Below are positions 13,335-26,035 of a stretch of 64,000 bases of DNA, piece by piece; within the stretch, counting starts at the first letter, position 1, and every line of letters starts with the position of its first letter. This DNA is from Callorhinchus milii (Eukaryota). The translations under genes and the position numbers were made by a program. The stretch spans positions 74,836,001-74,900,000 of the forward strand of contig NW_024704742.1 of the NCBI RefSeq assembly GCF_018977255.1, given 5' to 3'. The notes beneath the pieces were generated by a model. It searched no databases. It saw only the letters and a list, made by a program, of their open reading frames with translations, and was not told the origin of the DNA.

Positions 13335-13870
13335 AGGAAAGGGCCTATACAGACCCTTGAGACACCCCACTTTGTACCTCTCCCCATTTTGACCTCCGTC
13401 ACCTAACAAGGACCCTCTGCTTCCTTCCTTTCAGCTAATTCTGAATCCACATCTTGCCCATGATAATCAATTACCACATTTTGTGAAAGAGTCTTCCTGT
13501 GGTACTTTGTCAAATGCCTTTCGGAAGTCTAGATACATGTCCTATGGCTTCCCACAGTCAATTTGGAATTTCACATGGTCTAATTAAGTTGGTCAACCAA
13601 GAGCTTTCTGAACACATGTTGGCTGTCATTTATTAGATTATTTTATATAAATAATATTTCACATCCTTTCTGATGAGTGACTCCCTCATTTTTCCTATTA
13701 TTGAGGTCAGGCTAATGGGACCATAGGTTTAGTTTGGTGCCCCTCTTCAATTTGGGAACAACATCTGTTTGGTTCCAGTTTGTTTGATCCTCCCCAGTCC
13801 TGATTAACTTCCTTGTGATGTCTGTCAGTGCTACACAAATCTCCTGCCTTGTCTCCCTATGTACCCTGGC
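13335..13870 (-). mobile_element. Old CR1 RT fragment
   Basis: Minus strand reads MYLDFRKAFDKVP and GPISLTSIIGK; may extend toward 14150. Confidence 0.75.
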
Positions 13871-14435
13871 GTACAGTTAACTGTCTGTTAGTTTCTCACC
13901 AACAACTTCCTTCTGTTACAGTTTGTACAGGTGTTTGGCCACCTGCTAGCATACAAATATCAATTATACCTAGTCACAAGCCACATTTATTCTTTCCTCA
14001 GCACCTTATAGTTTTTTTCCTTTCATTAGACCAGTTCAGTGCTTCGGTATTCAAGGCTAGACGGTACTCCATTCCTCCATCACCTCTATTCTGCTACCCC
14101 ACCTTCACTCTCAAGACAGTGCATAAAGAAGAACTTGTGCTCTGAAGGAGAACACAGCATTTTAATTATTTATTTTACCTACTTCTGATCCTTACAGCTT
14201 TGAAAAAATACACATGTCTTATGGTTATTGTTTGGATCTTTGTACTGCAAGTAAATTATTGATACAATCTGCTGTGTGTGTGTGTGGTGGAGGGGATGGG
14301 GGAGAGGGAAATTGATCTGAATTGCATGATTGAGTCATTTCATTGGCATGTGCTCTCAGCAACAATGTTCCAGTATAGGACTTGTGAACCCATCCATGAC
14401 ACTTGAAGAGTTAACAATAATGTTCATCATCACTT

Positions 14436-14598
14436 CAACAACAAGATTGCATTTATAGAACGCCTTTCACGTCGGGAGGACGTCCCAAGGTGCTGGACAG
14501 TTGGGTCGGGACCCGAGCAGGGGGGAAATGGTCAGGGGGAGGGGAGGGGAGGGAGGGAGCGAGGATGGGGTAGAGAGTCAAGAGGGGAGCTAAAGGCA
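14436..14598 (-). mobile_element. Young L2 subfamily 3' end
   Basis: Same tail and G-rich UTR as 2588-2766. Confidence 0.88.
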
Positions 14599-14832
14599 CT
14601 TGTTTCAAGTGCTTTACCTGCTAATGTTCACCACCAGACTACTGTACATTTCAAAAGAAAAATGAATAGCAGAAATCTTGCTGTGAGCTTTACCCGACAT
14701 GCTGAATTTCCACATGTAACAATTGTTTTATTCTGGGAGTCTCAGTATCCATTTAAAAGATGACTCTCTTTGAAGCGAAACTACTGCTATGAAACACTAA
14801 GGAGTGTTCATTGTTATCATGTTATTTTTCCT

Positions 14833-15200
14833 TTAACCCCTGAAGTGCTGCAGACAAGTTCATAGCCCTCAAGTTCCAGTTTGGACACACAGTGAGTCTT
14901 GAAAGAACACCTGGTCTCACCTTGCAAGACCATTTTATCTTAAGATCAAACAGATTTGCCAAATTACTTTGATTCAATCTTGATTTTGAAGCTAGTTTTC
15001 TGAAGTTCTTGAAATAAACAACAAGCTCTAAATCAAGACTGAATTAAAGTTTTTTTTCACTGTTCTGAGTCATCTTACAGATTAAGACAAAATGGTTCCA
15101 CATGTTAGGACAAGATGGAATTTCAGCCTCACTGTGTTGAGGAGTGACTCAGTTGTGGGACTGTCACACTTCCAAGTATCAGCTTGTCGCGGACTGCAAA
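14833..15200. mobile_element. Degenerate palindromic non-autonomous DNA element (piggyBac-like MITE)
   Basis: Nested inverted matches centred near 15010; begins TTAA CCCC; related pieces at 29940-30129 and 32630-32780. Confidence 0.6.
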
Positions 15201-15784
15201 ACCCAACATAAAAAGAGCCCAGTACAAATTACCTTTAAAACACCCACCGAAATGGAGGGTGGAAACTGGAGGGAATAAAAATGAAGGGATGAAAAACGCG
15301 ACATGGGAGAGAAAACTTGCAGCATGTACTGTATTGTGATAAATTATCAGTAGTTAAAATTATCACTCCAGGGCGTAACATTTAAAATAATAATCCTTAC
15401 ATGTGATGGGACAACTCAAAGTGCTTCACAGGATATACAGTATAGTGACTGTGTATTTTGTAGGTGAATGTGGTGGTCAATTTGAACCTCCAACCATGAC
15501 TTCCGTACAATGGATTGCCTCAAAGCCTCCATGGCCATCAATGGAGCTGCCACTTAACGGTGCTGGGTTGAGATAAACTTGTGACATGGCATTCAAACAC
15601 TCCACAGACAGCAGCTCCAATCATTCTGCCATGGAGGCAACAGCCCCTACCATTCAGTCTGAATTGGGAGGAGGGGTGAGGGGATCACATTGATGTTATA
15701 TCACATTTTGTCCAGGTGATCATTATCAACTGGTCATAAATTATCACACCAGATGGCAGATTTTTTTTTCACTCCTAAATTTCT

Positions 15785-16920
15785 ACAACAAAAATTACAT
15801 TTGTATAGCACCTTTCATGTCGGGAGGACGTCCCAAGGTGCTAGACAATCAGTGTTTCGGACCCGAATTGGGGGTTGGGATTGGGGAGGCTGCAGGACAG
15901 GGGCGGAAGGAGGGTGACCAAAGGTACGGTTGAAGTGAACGGTCTTGAAACGAGTCTCGAAGGAGGCAAGAGAGGGGGTGAAGCGAAGGGACTGCAGAAT
16001 GGAGTTCCAGAGAGTGGGTGCAGAGTGGCTGAAGGCCTGCCCACCAATGGTGGGGCGGACAAGGCAGGGGACATGAAGGCAATGGGGGACATAGAGGCAA
16101 GGGTCTTCAACTGTATCCTCTGTGTGATAGGAAGCCAGCGGAATCGAGCGAGGATGGGGGTGATAGGGTCATGGTGCCTGGTGCGGGAGAGGACATGGGT
16201 TGCAGAGTTCTGGATGATCTGCAGCCTATGGAGGGAGGAGTTGGAGATGCCGACAAGCAGGGAGTTTGCGTAGTCAAGCCTGGATGTCATGAAAGCGTGT
16301 ATGAGGGTTTCGGCGGCCTGCAATGTGAGACTGTGGCAGAGCCGGGCGATGTTGCGGACGTGGGGGAAGGCGGAGCAGGTCATGGCATGGATGTGGGGTA
16401 TGTAGGACAGTTGAGGGTTGAACAGTGCATCCATGGAGGGAGATGCTGTCAGCGTCCGAGGTATGGAGGTGCTGACAGGAGCCAAGCAGAAGACCCTCAG
16501 TCTTGTTGACATTCAACTGCAGGAAGTTAGCTCTCATCCAGGACGATGTCTCACAGACATTCTGTTACGAAGCAGTGATCCTGGAGTCAAGGGTGGAGGC
16601 AGAGAGATAGAGTTGGGTGTCATCCACATACATGTGGAAGTTGACCCCATGTCTGTGGATGATGTCACTAAGCATGTAGATATTGAAAAGGAGAGGGTCA
16701 AGGACAGAGCCCTGAGTGCGAGGGCTGGGATAGAAGCTGTTACTGGCGACAAAGAGGAGAAGGTGCAAGAGGGAGGATTTGAACCAAGCAATGACAGGCC
16801 CACGAAGATTGAGCTGAGAGGAGAGGCAGTGTAGGAGGATCGAATTGTCAACAGTGTTGAAGGCAGCAGAGAAGTCAAGGAGGACAAGAAGGCAGAGAGA
16901 GCTCTGGTCGCAGATGTTAA
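15785..16920 (-). mobile_element. L2 LINE fragment (RT to 3' tail, internally deleted)
   Basis: QGSVLDPLLFNIYM, HMYVDDTQLY, LIHAFMTSRLDYANSLL motifs. Confidence 0.95.
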
Positions 16921-17288
16921 GTCACACTTATATATCATTTATATATAATTTGAAGTGGCAAATAGTCAAAGAAAATGGTTGAGGTAGAAAATAATAAAAC
17001 AAAGGATCAAATTAAAAAGAACAGGAATAGGGAAAAAGAGGAAACAAGAAAAAGTGATGTCAGGAATGGGCAAAGATAAAGAAATTGTGGAGTGGTTAGA
17101 GTTTGAAGCAGTTTAAATGATTGTATTCCTTAACATAATCCCCTCTTTAATTAGCACAGGCAACACTTTAAGGAAAACTGCAAATTTCTCTCATATAAAG
17201 TGTTTTATGGATTATCTGCCAGCGGACTGAGGGAAGTGACTGTGGGAAATGGTGTCTGGGGGCAATGTGATGAGTTCAGCAAAGTATT

Positions 17289-17290
17289 TT

Positions 17291-17330
<40 letters not shown>

Positions 17331-17331
17331 T
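17289..17331. repeat. (TTTC)n microsatellite
   Basis: About 10 perfect units. Confidence 0.95.
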
Positions 17332-18688
17332 GTTTGTTTATTAAGTATTTAGTAAAGGTGATACAGGGTAAGTCATGGGGAAACAATTGTGAGTTTTTCA
17401 TAACGTATTCCTTGTGCTAATTAAGACAAGGAACGTATTAAGCAATAAGGCAATGTTTGTCCCAATGATATAGTGATAATGTACCCTAATGGAGGAGTTT
17501 CTTTACCGTTGTAATTATTTATTTCTAATGTCACAGTGTTCAAGGTGAAAAATAGAGAGGCAAGCAGCCCACAGATTGCAGTTGCTGGGTTACAGTTAGA
17601 AACTGTTAGTGAAAAAGTTAGAATAAAAAGCAAATAGTAAAATTAATGTAATCCTCCAGGACAATTTGCTGCTGATTCTTAACCTATTCCTAACTTTATT
17701 ATTATACTTAGCACTTGCACTGGATTATTATCATGCATCTGAACAGGCAGACAGGACTGCATTAGTATAGCACATACAATGTAAACATATCTCCAAGCGC
17801 TTCACATGTAATTTCTGTGAAGTATAATTAGAGTATTTTATAGGCAAACAGCACTCAAATTATACATATCACTGTCCCCCAAACTGCCAGGAAATGAATG
17901 ACCATGTATGTGTTAGTAAAGAATAGAGGGAGGGGGAATGTGATCTTATGATATTGACCACTGCAAATTAGGCTTGAAGCCCTGAGCAAATTTTTGATTG
18001 CATTATTGGTCGATGTGATAATTATCAATGTAGAAATATCACATGGAGCATTGCCCCTGGAGATAAGAGGCACATTGCTGTTACTTGCACAGACAGATGA
18101 CTCACATTGTTTGGACAGCTGCTGGCGTGACTGAGGGCAACACCAGAGCAGAGCAAACTTGTGACCAATGGTGTTTTTAGGTGAATGTTAAGAAAGTGGT
18201 CATTGGCGGTCACTGTGCGGGGACATCTTGAGTGTTATTTGCACCAATATTTCATCATCGGGATTTATGAAAAGATACTAACATTTTGAAACAAATAGTT
18301 AATTATGCATACCATTTGGCAAATTAATTATGAAGAGAGAAAGAAATCCTTCTGGGAAAAGGTTGCACATATAGAAAATTGGTCATCAATTTGCATGTAC
18401 AGTATTTAAAGCTGTGCCCACCTCCATGATGCACACTGGTACTAATGATGTTTGAGGGATCAGTCATTCAGCAGCAAAATAGAAAAATAAAACTGGGTGT
18501 CAGATAAACCAGAAGTTTTCCTGTAAAATGTGCAGCTGGCAACCAAACAAAGCTCATAATTCTAAACACAGTGACCCATTCCACTCTCCTATCCTCAATG
18601 GCCTGACTCTCACCAGTGAGATCAGCATCTGAAACGATACTCAAAAGCAAACCAGTTCCCTTAGATCTGTTTACTCTGTTGTTTTGAC

Positions 18689-19215
18689 TAATAATAATAA
18701 TAATAATAATCCTTGCATTTGATATAGTGCCTTATCACGCTGTTGAGATGTCTCAAAGCGCTTCACAAGATATACTGCAAAGTGTATTAACTGTGTGCTC
18801 CACAGGCGAAACTTGGCAGTGAGTTTGTGCACAGTGACGTCCCTGCAAACAGCCATGATAATAATAGTCAATGCATTTGATATTGTGCCTTATTACATTA
18901 AAATTAAAATACCTCAAAAACTTTGTGTAACTTCCTGTTGTTTGCAGGTGAACACAGCAGCTATTTTGCACACAGCAATGCTCTACAACTGCCCGTAATT
19001 GAATGACTGTTTTATTTGCTCTTTCACACAGGGCATGGGCGCTACCCTAAATAATGCAAGTTGTTGTTTTAAATCTGGGGGATTATTGGCCTGGACAAAT
19101 GGCAATCGTTTTCGAATAGTGGCACTGGATTATTATCATGCATCTGAACACGCAGACAGGACTGCGTTTTAACATCTTCTGACCCAGAGACGAGGGTGAT
19201 ATACCAACTGAATCT
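18689..19215 (-). mobile_element. Cluster of older DeuSINE fragments
   Basis: (AAT)n tail at 18689, body at 18780-18860, and further degraded SINE sequence to about 19215. Confidence 0.7.
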
Positions 19216-19614
19216 TAGTGGGAAGGTCGCAAGTAGAATTCAATACAATTATAGAAAAGCGGTGTTCCAATGGGAAAATAGCGTGAACAGTATCTAACAA
19301 AGCTCAGACTTAACTTCAATAAAGTCTTCTGACTAACGTTTCCTGAGTCATTTGTACTCTCCTAAGTGATAGTACATTGACTCATGCTAACCTCAGCCTA
19401 TTTGTATGTCCTGAGATTACATACACTGTAACTCCCTGACACATAATCCAACCAAAATTGCAGCATTGCTAAAACATTCTGTTCCTTTATTATCACTGGT
19501 GCTCACTAAGAAGCATTACAAATTTGAGAACAAGTCCTAAACATGCTCTTCTAAAGATCTTCTAATGATCACCCCAACTTTGGGAGAATGATTTCTCCAT
19601 GAGTTAATTTCTGG

Positions 19615-20030
19615 AATCAAAAAATCATAGAAATGTACAGCACATCTGTCGATGGGCTGAATAGAAGGTCGATCCCATTGCCCACCCTGTCCTATCCCCA
19701 TACCTCTTCAAGCCTCTATTCTTCTACTTCCCTCTTGAAAGCTACAATGGACTCTGCCTCTACCACCCTACTCTATGTGAGGTCCACATCTCAACAACTC
19801 TTTGGGTGAAAAAATTCCTCCAAAATTCTCCTTTCACTATTTTTGTTGCTATCTTATAATTATGTCCTCCAGTTACTGATTTCCCTCTCAATGGAAATAG
19901 CGTTTCCCTATTTACCCTACAAAACCCCTCATAATTTTGTACACTTTTATTAAGTCCTCTCCAAAATAAACAGACCCAGCTTCTCCAGTCTCTCCTGATA
20001 ACAATAGCCCTTCGTCCTTGGTAATTTGGG
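19615..20030 (-). mobile_element. Old CR1 3' end
   Basis: aatcatagaaatgtacagcac terminus and similarity to 4555-5030. Confidence 0.75.
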
Positions 20031-20164
20031 GCAGTAAATTTTCTTTTTAACTTTTTAACTTTAAAATTTTGCTTCTAAAACATTTTTTAGACCCAGCATC
20101 AGCAAAGAAATGTGAAATCCATGACCTATGCAGTCTGATGAATCTACTTTTCCATTTCTAGACC

Positions 20165-21112
20165 TAATTGATGTACTGTTCACTTACCTGTCAGACAACA
20201 AGGCCTGAATCAGCATCAATTTCTTGCAATTCAATACAGCCACCCTTCTTGGCTCCCGCCACCATCTCCTCACTTTTGACTCTGAAATTCTTAACCTCCC
20301 CAATCTCTCTCTCAAACTCAGCAAATCAGTAAACAACCTTGGGGTGTGATTCAACTTACAACTATCCTTTCTCTCTCAGATCTGCTATCTGACCAAAGTT
20401 GCTCCTATTCACCTCTGCCACATTGCCTGCCCCTTTTGCTCCTGAAACCTTTTCTCGTTGATCTCTCTAGCTCCACCATTCATAAGCTCCAGCTAAATCC
20501 AAAACTGCACTGCCAACATCCTCACCTGCACCAAACTCCATGTGTCATCACGCCAATCCTCGCCAGGCTTCACTGTCTGCCTAGCACTGACTTTTCTCTT
20601 TGATTTCCTACCCCATTCCTTCCCATTCCAATGTGGGCCTTGAATCCACAACCTTCTGACTCAGAAGCGAGAATGCTACCAACTGAGTCAGGCTGACACA
20701 TAGTATTATTCTATGTGAAGAGCATTATGTAGTCCTGTAGAGCATATTGGTTGGATCACTCGCCTTGCAAATGAGAGGACACAGGTTTGATTCCTGGGCA
20801 GGGCGAAGCCTTCAGGAAGATTCCTTACTCCACATGCCCGTTTACTTAGCAGTAAGTAGGAACCCAGTTATTAATCGATTGGTGAACACTTTGTGGGGGT
20901 AATAATCCCTTCAAAACTTTTTTTTAAATTAAAATTTGGTCACCCAATCCACAGCTGTTTGGGGTACACTACTGTGATCAATTGGCTGCCGCATTTTATC
21001 CACAAAATATACAGTCAATTCACTTTTACAGTACATTCTGTGAAGCATTTTGAGACATCTCAATGGTGGATAAGGCGCGATATCAAATGCAAGTATCATT
21101 ATTATTATTATA
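20165..21112. mobile_element. Old L2 fragment (+, ~20165-20582), old DeuSINE head (-, ~20630-20700) and long-subfamily SINE (+, ~20727-21112)
   Basis: L2 motifs; ttgaatccacaaccttctgactcaga head; tRNA-like head and (ATT)n tail. Confidence 0.8.
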
Positions 21113-21799
21113 TATAATTATAATTTGTTGATTTTAACTTTCAAGCACTTTTGCTTGACCAAGCAAGGTCAGTCTGAGCTTCTCTGCCAGATACTGGCCT
21201 AAAATGATTTTAAAAGTAACATTTTAAAGTTAAAAACCTGTTCTAGTGAGTGAGAAGGCATCAAAATCCTAACTCTCATTAAAATATAAAACATGGTATC
21301 CAAATTGATTGTGAGATACCTGAGGGAGAACCCATTCTCTCAAAGTCCAGAGGCTGTTCAGTCTCAAACATTTCCTTAAAGTCATTTTCCAGCCATAAAA
21401 GCCGTATCACCATTATCCCTGATGATGATGATTAGGGAATGGAATGCATTTAAGAATCCCATAATTGTGACCCTAGTATTCCTGTCCTAGGGCTGGCCAG
21501 TCCTGGGCTGGTGCTATCAGTGGAACTTGCTGCTGTTGGGCTATGTTCCTTTGGAAAATCTTAAAATGAAAAGTATTTTAAATTTAAAAAAAAACAGAAT
21601 TGATTGTGAAAGAGGCTGTGACACCATTAAACAATCCCACTCACATGCCCTGAAGAAATGCTGATTATGTTGTTTAACAGGGAAAAGGCTCACAGCTGTC
21701 TATTAACCTTAAAAGAGCGTTTGTTTTCAGTGTGAAGCAACACTAATTAAGGCAAAGAGAATGCTAGTATTTCCAAATCAGCTGAGTGCAGATTCCCCT

Positions 21800-22445
21800 T
21801 GGAGTCCTCGCCCCGGCTTCACTGGCTTCCCATCACTCAGAGGATACGGTTCAAGATTCTGGTCCTCACCTTCAAAACCCTCCATGGCCTTGCGCCTCCC
21901 TACCTCTGGGACCTTCTAACCCCCTACCAATCTATCCGTTCCCTCCGCTCAACGGGCTCTGGCATGCTTCACATCCCCCGCCTCGCCCACCCCACCATAG
22001 CCAGGCAGGCCTTCAGCTTCTCCATCCACACCAACTGGAACTTCATCCCACAGTCCCTCTGCCTTGCCCCCTCCCTTGCCTCCTTGAAGACCCAGCTCAA
22101 GACCCTCCTTTTCGATCGTACCTTTGGTAGCCCTCCTACCCCTACCTTCTGCACCCCCCACCCCTCCTGATCCCCATCACCAGCTCAGGTGCAGATCTCT
22201 GACTGTCTAGCGCCTTGGGTTGTCCTGTCATCCTCCTGACGTGAAAGGCGCTATACAAATGTAATTTTGTTGTTATAATAAAATAATAATCCTTGCATTT
22301 GGTATAGCGCCTTATCATATCTTCTAGACGTCTCAAAGCACTTCACAGAATAGACTGTAAAATGAATTGACTGTGTATTTTGTGGGTGAAACGCGGCAGC
22401 CAATTGCACACAGCAGTGCCCCACATACAGTCGTGGATTGATTGA
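21800..22445. mobile_element. L2 3' fragment (+, to ~22277) tail-to-tail with a SINE 3' fragment (-)
   Basis: ORF 21799..22170 RLHWLPITQRIRFKILVLTFKTLHGLAPPYL; SINE tail from about 22283. Confidence 0.9.
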
Positions 22446-24127
22446 ACATTTTTTTTATATTCCATGCAGATAACTTCTCCCCTACATTATTCATTTTTAA
22501 CAAAGATGATAAGACAGCCAGGTCAGTTTTCTGCCACGCTAATTGAAACTTTGATTCCCACAGATTGCTGGCAAATTCTTGTTATATATTGTGAAGAGGG
22601 AGGCGGGGGGGAACACTGCTAAAACTTGTTTAACCACTGGCTTTTTCAACTTTTTCCAAGGATTTTTTTTTGAAGGTGGGCGGGGGGGCGGGGGAAGAGC
22701 AAGAAAAACACTGTCCGCAATCTCAACGTCCGTCCACTCTGCCAATACTGCCTTTTCAATCCCACTGTGAAATAGTAATTATTCTAATAAAAATATTCAA
22801 CTCTCAGTTGTTATTTGAAATGCAATTGCACAAAAAAAAGGTTAGAGCGACTACTTCCTTCGCAACTTCCACAAGCAAGAAAATGGAAAGACAAGCTGAT
22901 ACTTTCTACTGAGCTCCAGTTAAGATGAACATGAGTATTGCATCCAGGTCTGTTCACAGTAGCATGAGGGGCTGTACGGGCCCCAGGGGAAGTGCATAGG
23001 TGAGCAACAAGGGCGATGCCCAGTGTTGGAAGATAACAAACAGATAAGCTATAGGTTTTCAACTTGAAACACTCTGGAATACTCTCCCTGAATCCTTCCA
23101 CCTTGCTCCCGCTTTCCCTATGAAAATCAAATACAAAAAGTTCAATAAATGTAACTTTTGAGAAACCATAGACAAGATGCCAATGTGTACACTGCCTGAC
23201 AGCAGCTGCTTCCTATTCTGAGGAAACAGCACAAAAACAGTCACTATACTTCTCATGATATAGATTGATACTCCCAAGTGTAGTGCTGTGGAAGCTGCAA
23301 AGTCTGAGGTGCCATCCTTCCGATGAGGCCTACAACATATTCGGACACTTTACAATCAACCCTGAAGTGCTTTGAGACTCGTCCCACTTGAAAGATGCTA
23401 TATTGAATGCAAGAATTATTGTTATTATTTATTGTCCAATGTGCTGTTGAGGTAGATGTTAAAGATCCCATGGCACCATTCGAAAAGAGAAGCCTGCCAC
23501 ATTCACTTACAAATACATGGTTACTACATTCTACAGTAAATCCTATGAAGATCTTTGAAACGTTTCAACAACATGATCAGGCATTATATCAAGTTCAAGT
23601 CTGATTTCTTAGTATTTATTATGTTTTTATTTTGAAAGGGACGGCTAGTTGTTGGTGTTTGTGTAATGTTTTGACTCACTGGATATTTTAATTTAGATCA
23701 CCAGAACAGAGGGCACATTTTCAGCACATTTTGCTGAAGGAAGAATTTGATTTCTTGAATCCCTGCCACTAGAATAGCTGTTTGATTTCAAACCTTTTAC
23801 TTGAATTTTTTCTAAGATCACTACTTGCCAAAGAGGGTTGTATGCCAGCCAATATGAAAACCCTGAATCAGGAGAGAGTGCAGATTTCACATTTCTTGAA
23901 GTAGTTCAAAATATTGCCATTAATGGTTCTCATGGCTGTGATTCAGCCCCTAAAGAACAGCAATTTGAATTCAGATAGTGCCCTTCCCAAGCATCCCGGA
24001 GCACTTAAACACAATGGTTTCCTCAATAATTGTGAACAGGTCAAGGACTGCAAATTCCGTGCTTGTGATTATCATTACGAGTGATAATATCACCTACCAC
24101 AAATGCTCCCCCCATGTAGTATACAGT

Positions 24128-24358
24128 ACAACAACACAACAACAACAAGATTCCATTTATAAAGCGCCTTTCACGTCAGGAGGACGTCCCAAGGCGCTGC
24201 ACAGTTGGGTCATGACCCGAGCAGGGGGGAAATGGTCAGGGTGAGGGGAGGGGAGGGAGCGAGGAGGGGGGAAATGGTCAGGGTGAGGGGAGGGATGGGA
24301 GGGAGCGAGAAGGGGGAAGAGAGTCAAGAGGGGAGCTGAAGGCTCGGTCAAAGAGAAG
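24128..24358 (-). mobile_element. Young L2 subfamily 3' end with duplicated UTR unit
   Basis: Same as the 2588 copy but with two copies of ggggggaaatggtcagggtgaggggaggga…. Confidence 0.92.
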
Positions 24359-25649
24359 TACAACTATAAGAGAGAGCTGTCCATTAAACAGAAGTCAATG
24401 CCTTAAATTGCTTTGCTCGAACTGAATTAATTTGTTTAGTAACTCCAATGCATGCCTTTGGATTAGTCCCTGGAGTGTATATAAGATGATCAGGGCAGTA
24501 CTTAAACTCTGTATCCCAGTAACCTGTTAAATAACTTCTTTCTTCTGGCTGATTGATTGGCACCTTCACAGAGTCAGAAAGGGTGCTGCCTAGTACTGTT
24601 AGTCATGATCATAAGTGAACATTCATGCATTGTTCATGCTGTGGAAACCATTAATCCCGCAGGTTTATTGATATAGGAATATAGCAACAGAGCTGCCTTT
24701 GGTGATAAATCCATTGACACTGTTCACACATGCCAGTCACTTCCCTTTCGCAAGAAGTCTCCAGAGGCACATGCAAGTGATATGGGATTTAGTGTCACAG
24801 TTGCTATGCCAACAGCTTATATTTGTCATTAAGCCTTGACAAGATGTAACGCATTTCTGTGAGTTCCATTGGCACAAGTTTTGCAGTTTATTGCAAGTGA
24901 GTGTATTTGCTCTGTTTACAGAGGCAAACAATAGCTGAGTCGTGTGAGCAGGGCTGGGGAGAACAAGCGATTGAAGTTTGCAATACACCCTTATTATGCT
25001 AGTACATTACTCATATTGTAATATGAAAGATTTTTCTGACACCAGATCCCCTGAGTCCTGACTGAATCTGATTGTATGTTACCTCCTCAAGCACGAGATA
25101 TGACTTGATAGTGAAAAGCTGTTAGTTACAATGCATTGAGCTGGTGTTGTCGTCTGTTTTCAGGCCTCCTGGCCTCCATTACTGTTACTTAGTTAGTAGG
25201 GATAACCTGACCAAATTCTAATGGTGAATTATAGAAATATCTTAAAGTCAACACAATATTTATATGATGACTTTAAGATTCTGCACATACGCAGACGGTC
25301 TCCTTCCAGAGAGCTTCTGAATACATTGCTCCTCTTTAGCACCAAGTAACTGGGCTTGCATCTCTCTTTGACTGATCTAGGCCACGAAATAGCTGTTGGA
25401 CAAACATACCATAAGTTAGATATTGCTTCAACAACATATTTACATTTGGAAAGCTGTTGTTTCAGACATTTGAGCTGATTTACGAGGCGAAGCTGCTCCA
25501 CCTAATGGCAGTTATCACACATCCTTTTTAAAAAACACAAAGAATGCTAGAAAACCTCAAATTCTACCTAGAGCCGTTTTGTCATAGGTTTTTGCTCATT
25601 GATGGATTAATTTAATGCCATATTACATTTAGTTCAAATTTATTAGATG

Positions 25650-26035
25650 TTTTGGGAGTTAGACGGGTGTCTAACATATGCTTAAGAGTATCCAAACCAA
25701 GTTGAGATTTCCATGCATTCCACCTACACATGGAAATTCCAGAGATAGATTGTTGGAATGTGATGTGCACCCTCTCTGCCTGGAGGGATGCATCCTGTTT
25801 ACCTACTTCCAGTAAGTATTAAGCGCAGATTGGCAAGAGCCAAGGATTTGGATCACCAGAGTGTACGTTGGGGTATTGCTGGAGTCTAACCAGCTATAAC
25901 CTCATAGCTTGCCACTGATAGCACTGTCTGGCAAACTTCTTGTTCAGCTAGGACCACCCTACCCATTAAGGCTTTGGCTTGCAGGGTTAACAGGAGCTGA
26001 GTAGAAGGATTCCCTGCCCCCAGTGACTGGTCACT
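25650..26035 (+). repeat. Unclassified interspersed repeat, copy A (partial)
   Basis: agagtatccaaaccaag…agagatagattgttggaatg… matches 46652-46845 directly and 36810-37185 in reverse complement. Confidence 0.85.

Noticed and set aside
15841..16938. Longest ORFs in the window as an active reverse transcriptase gene
   Set aside because: Frameshifted, internally deleted L2 fragment; no intact LINE ORF2 is present anywhere in the window.
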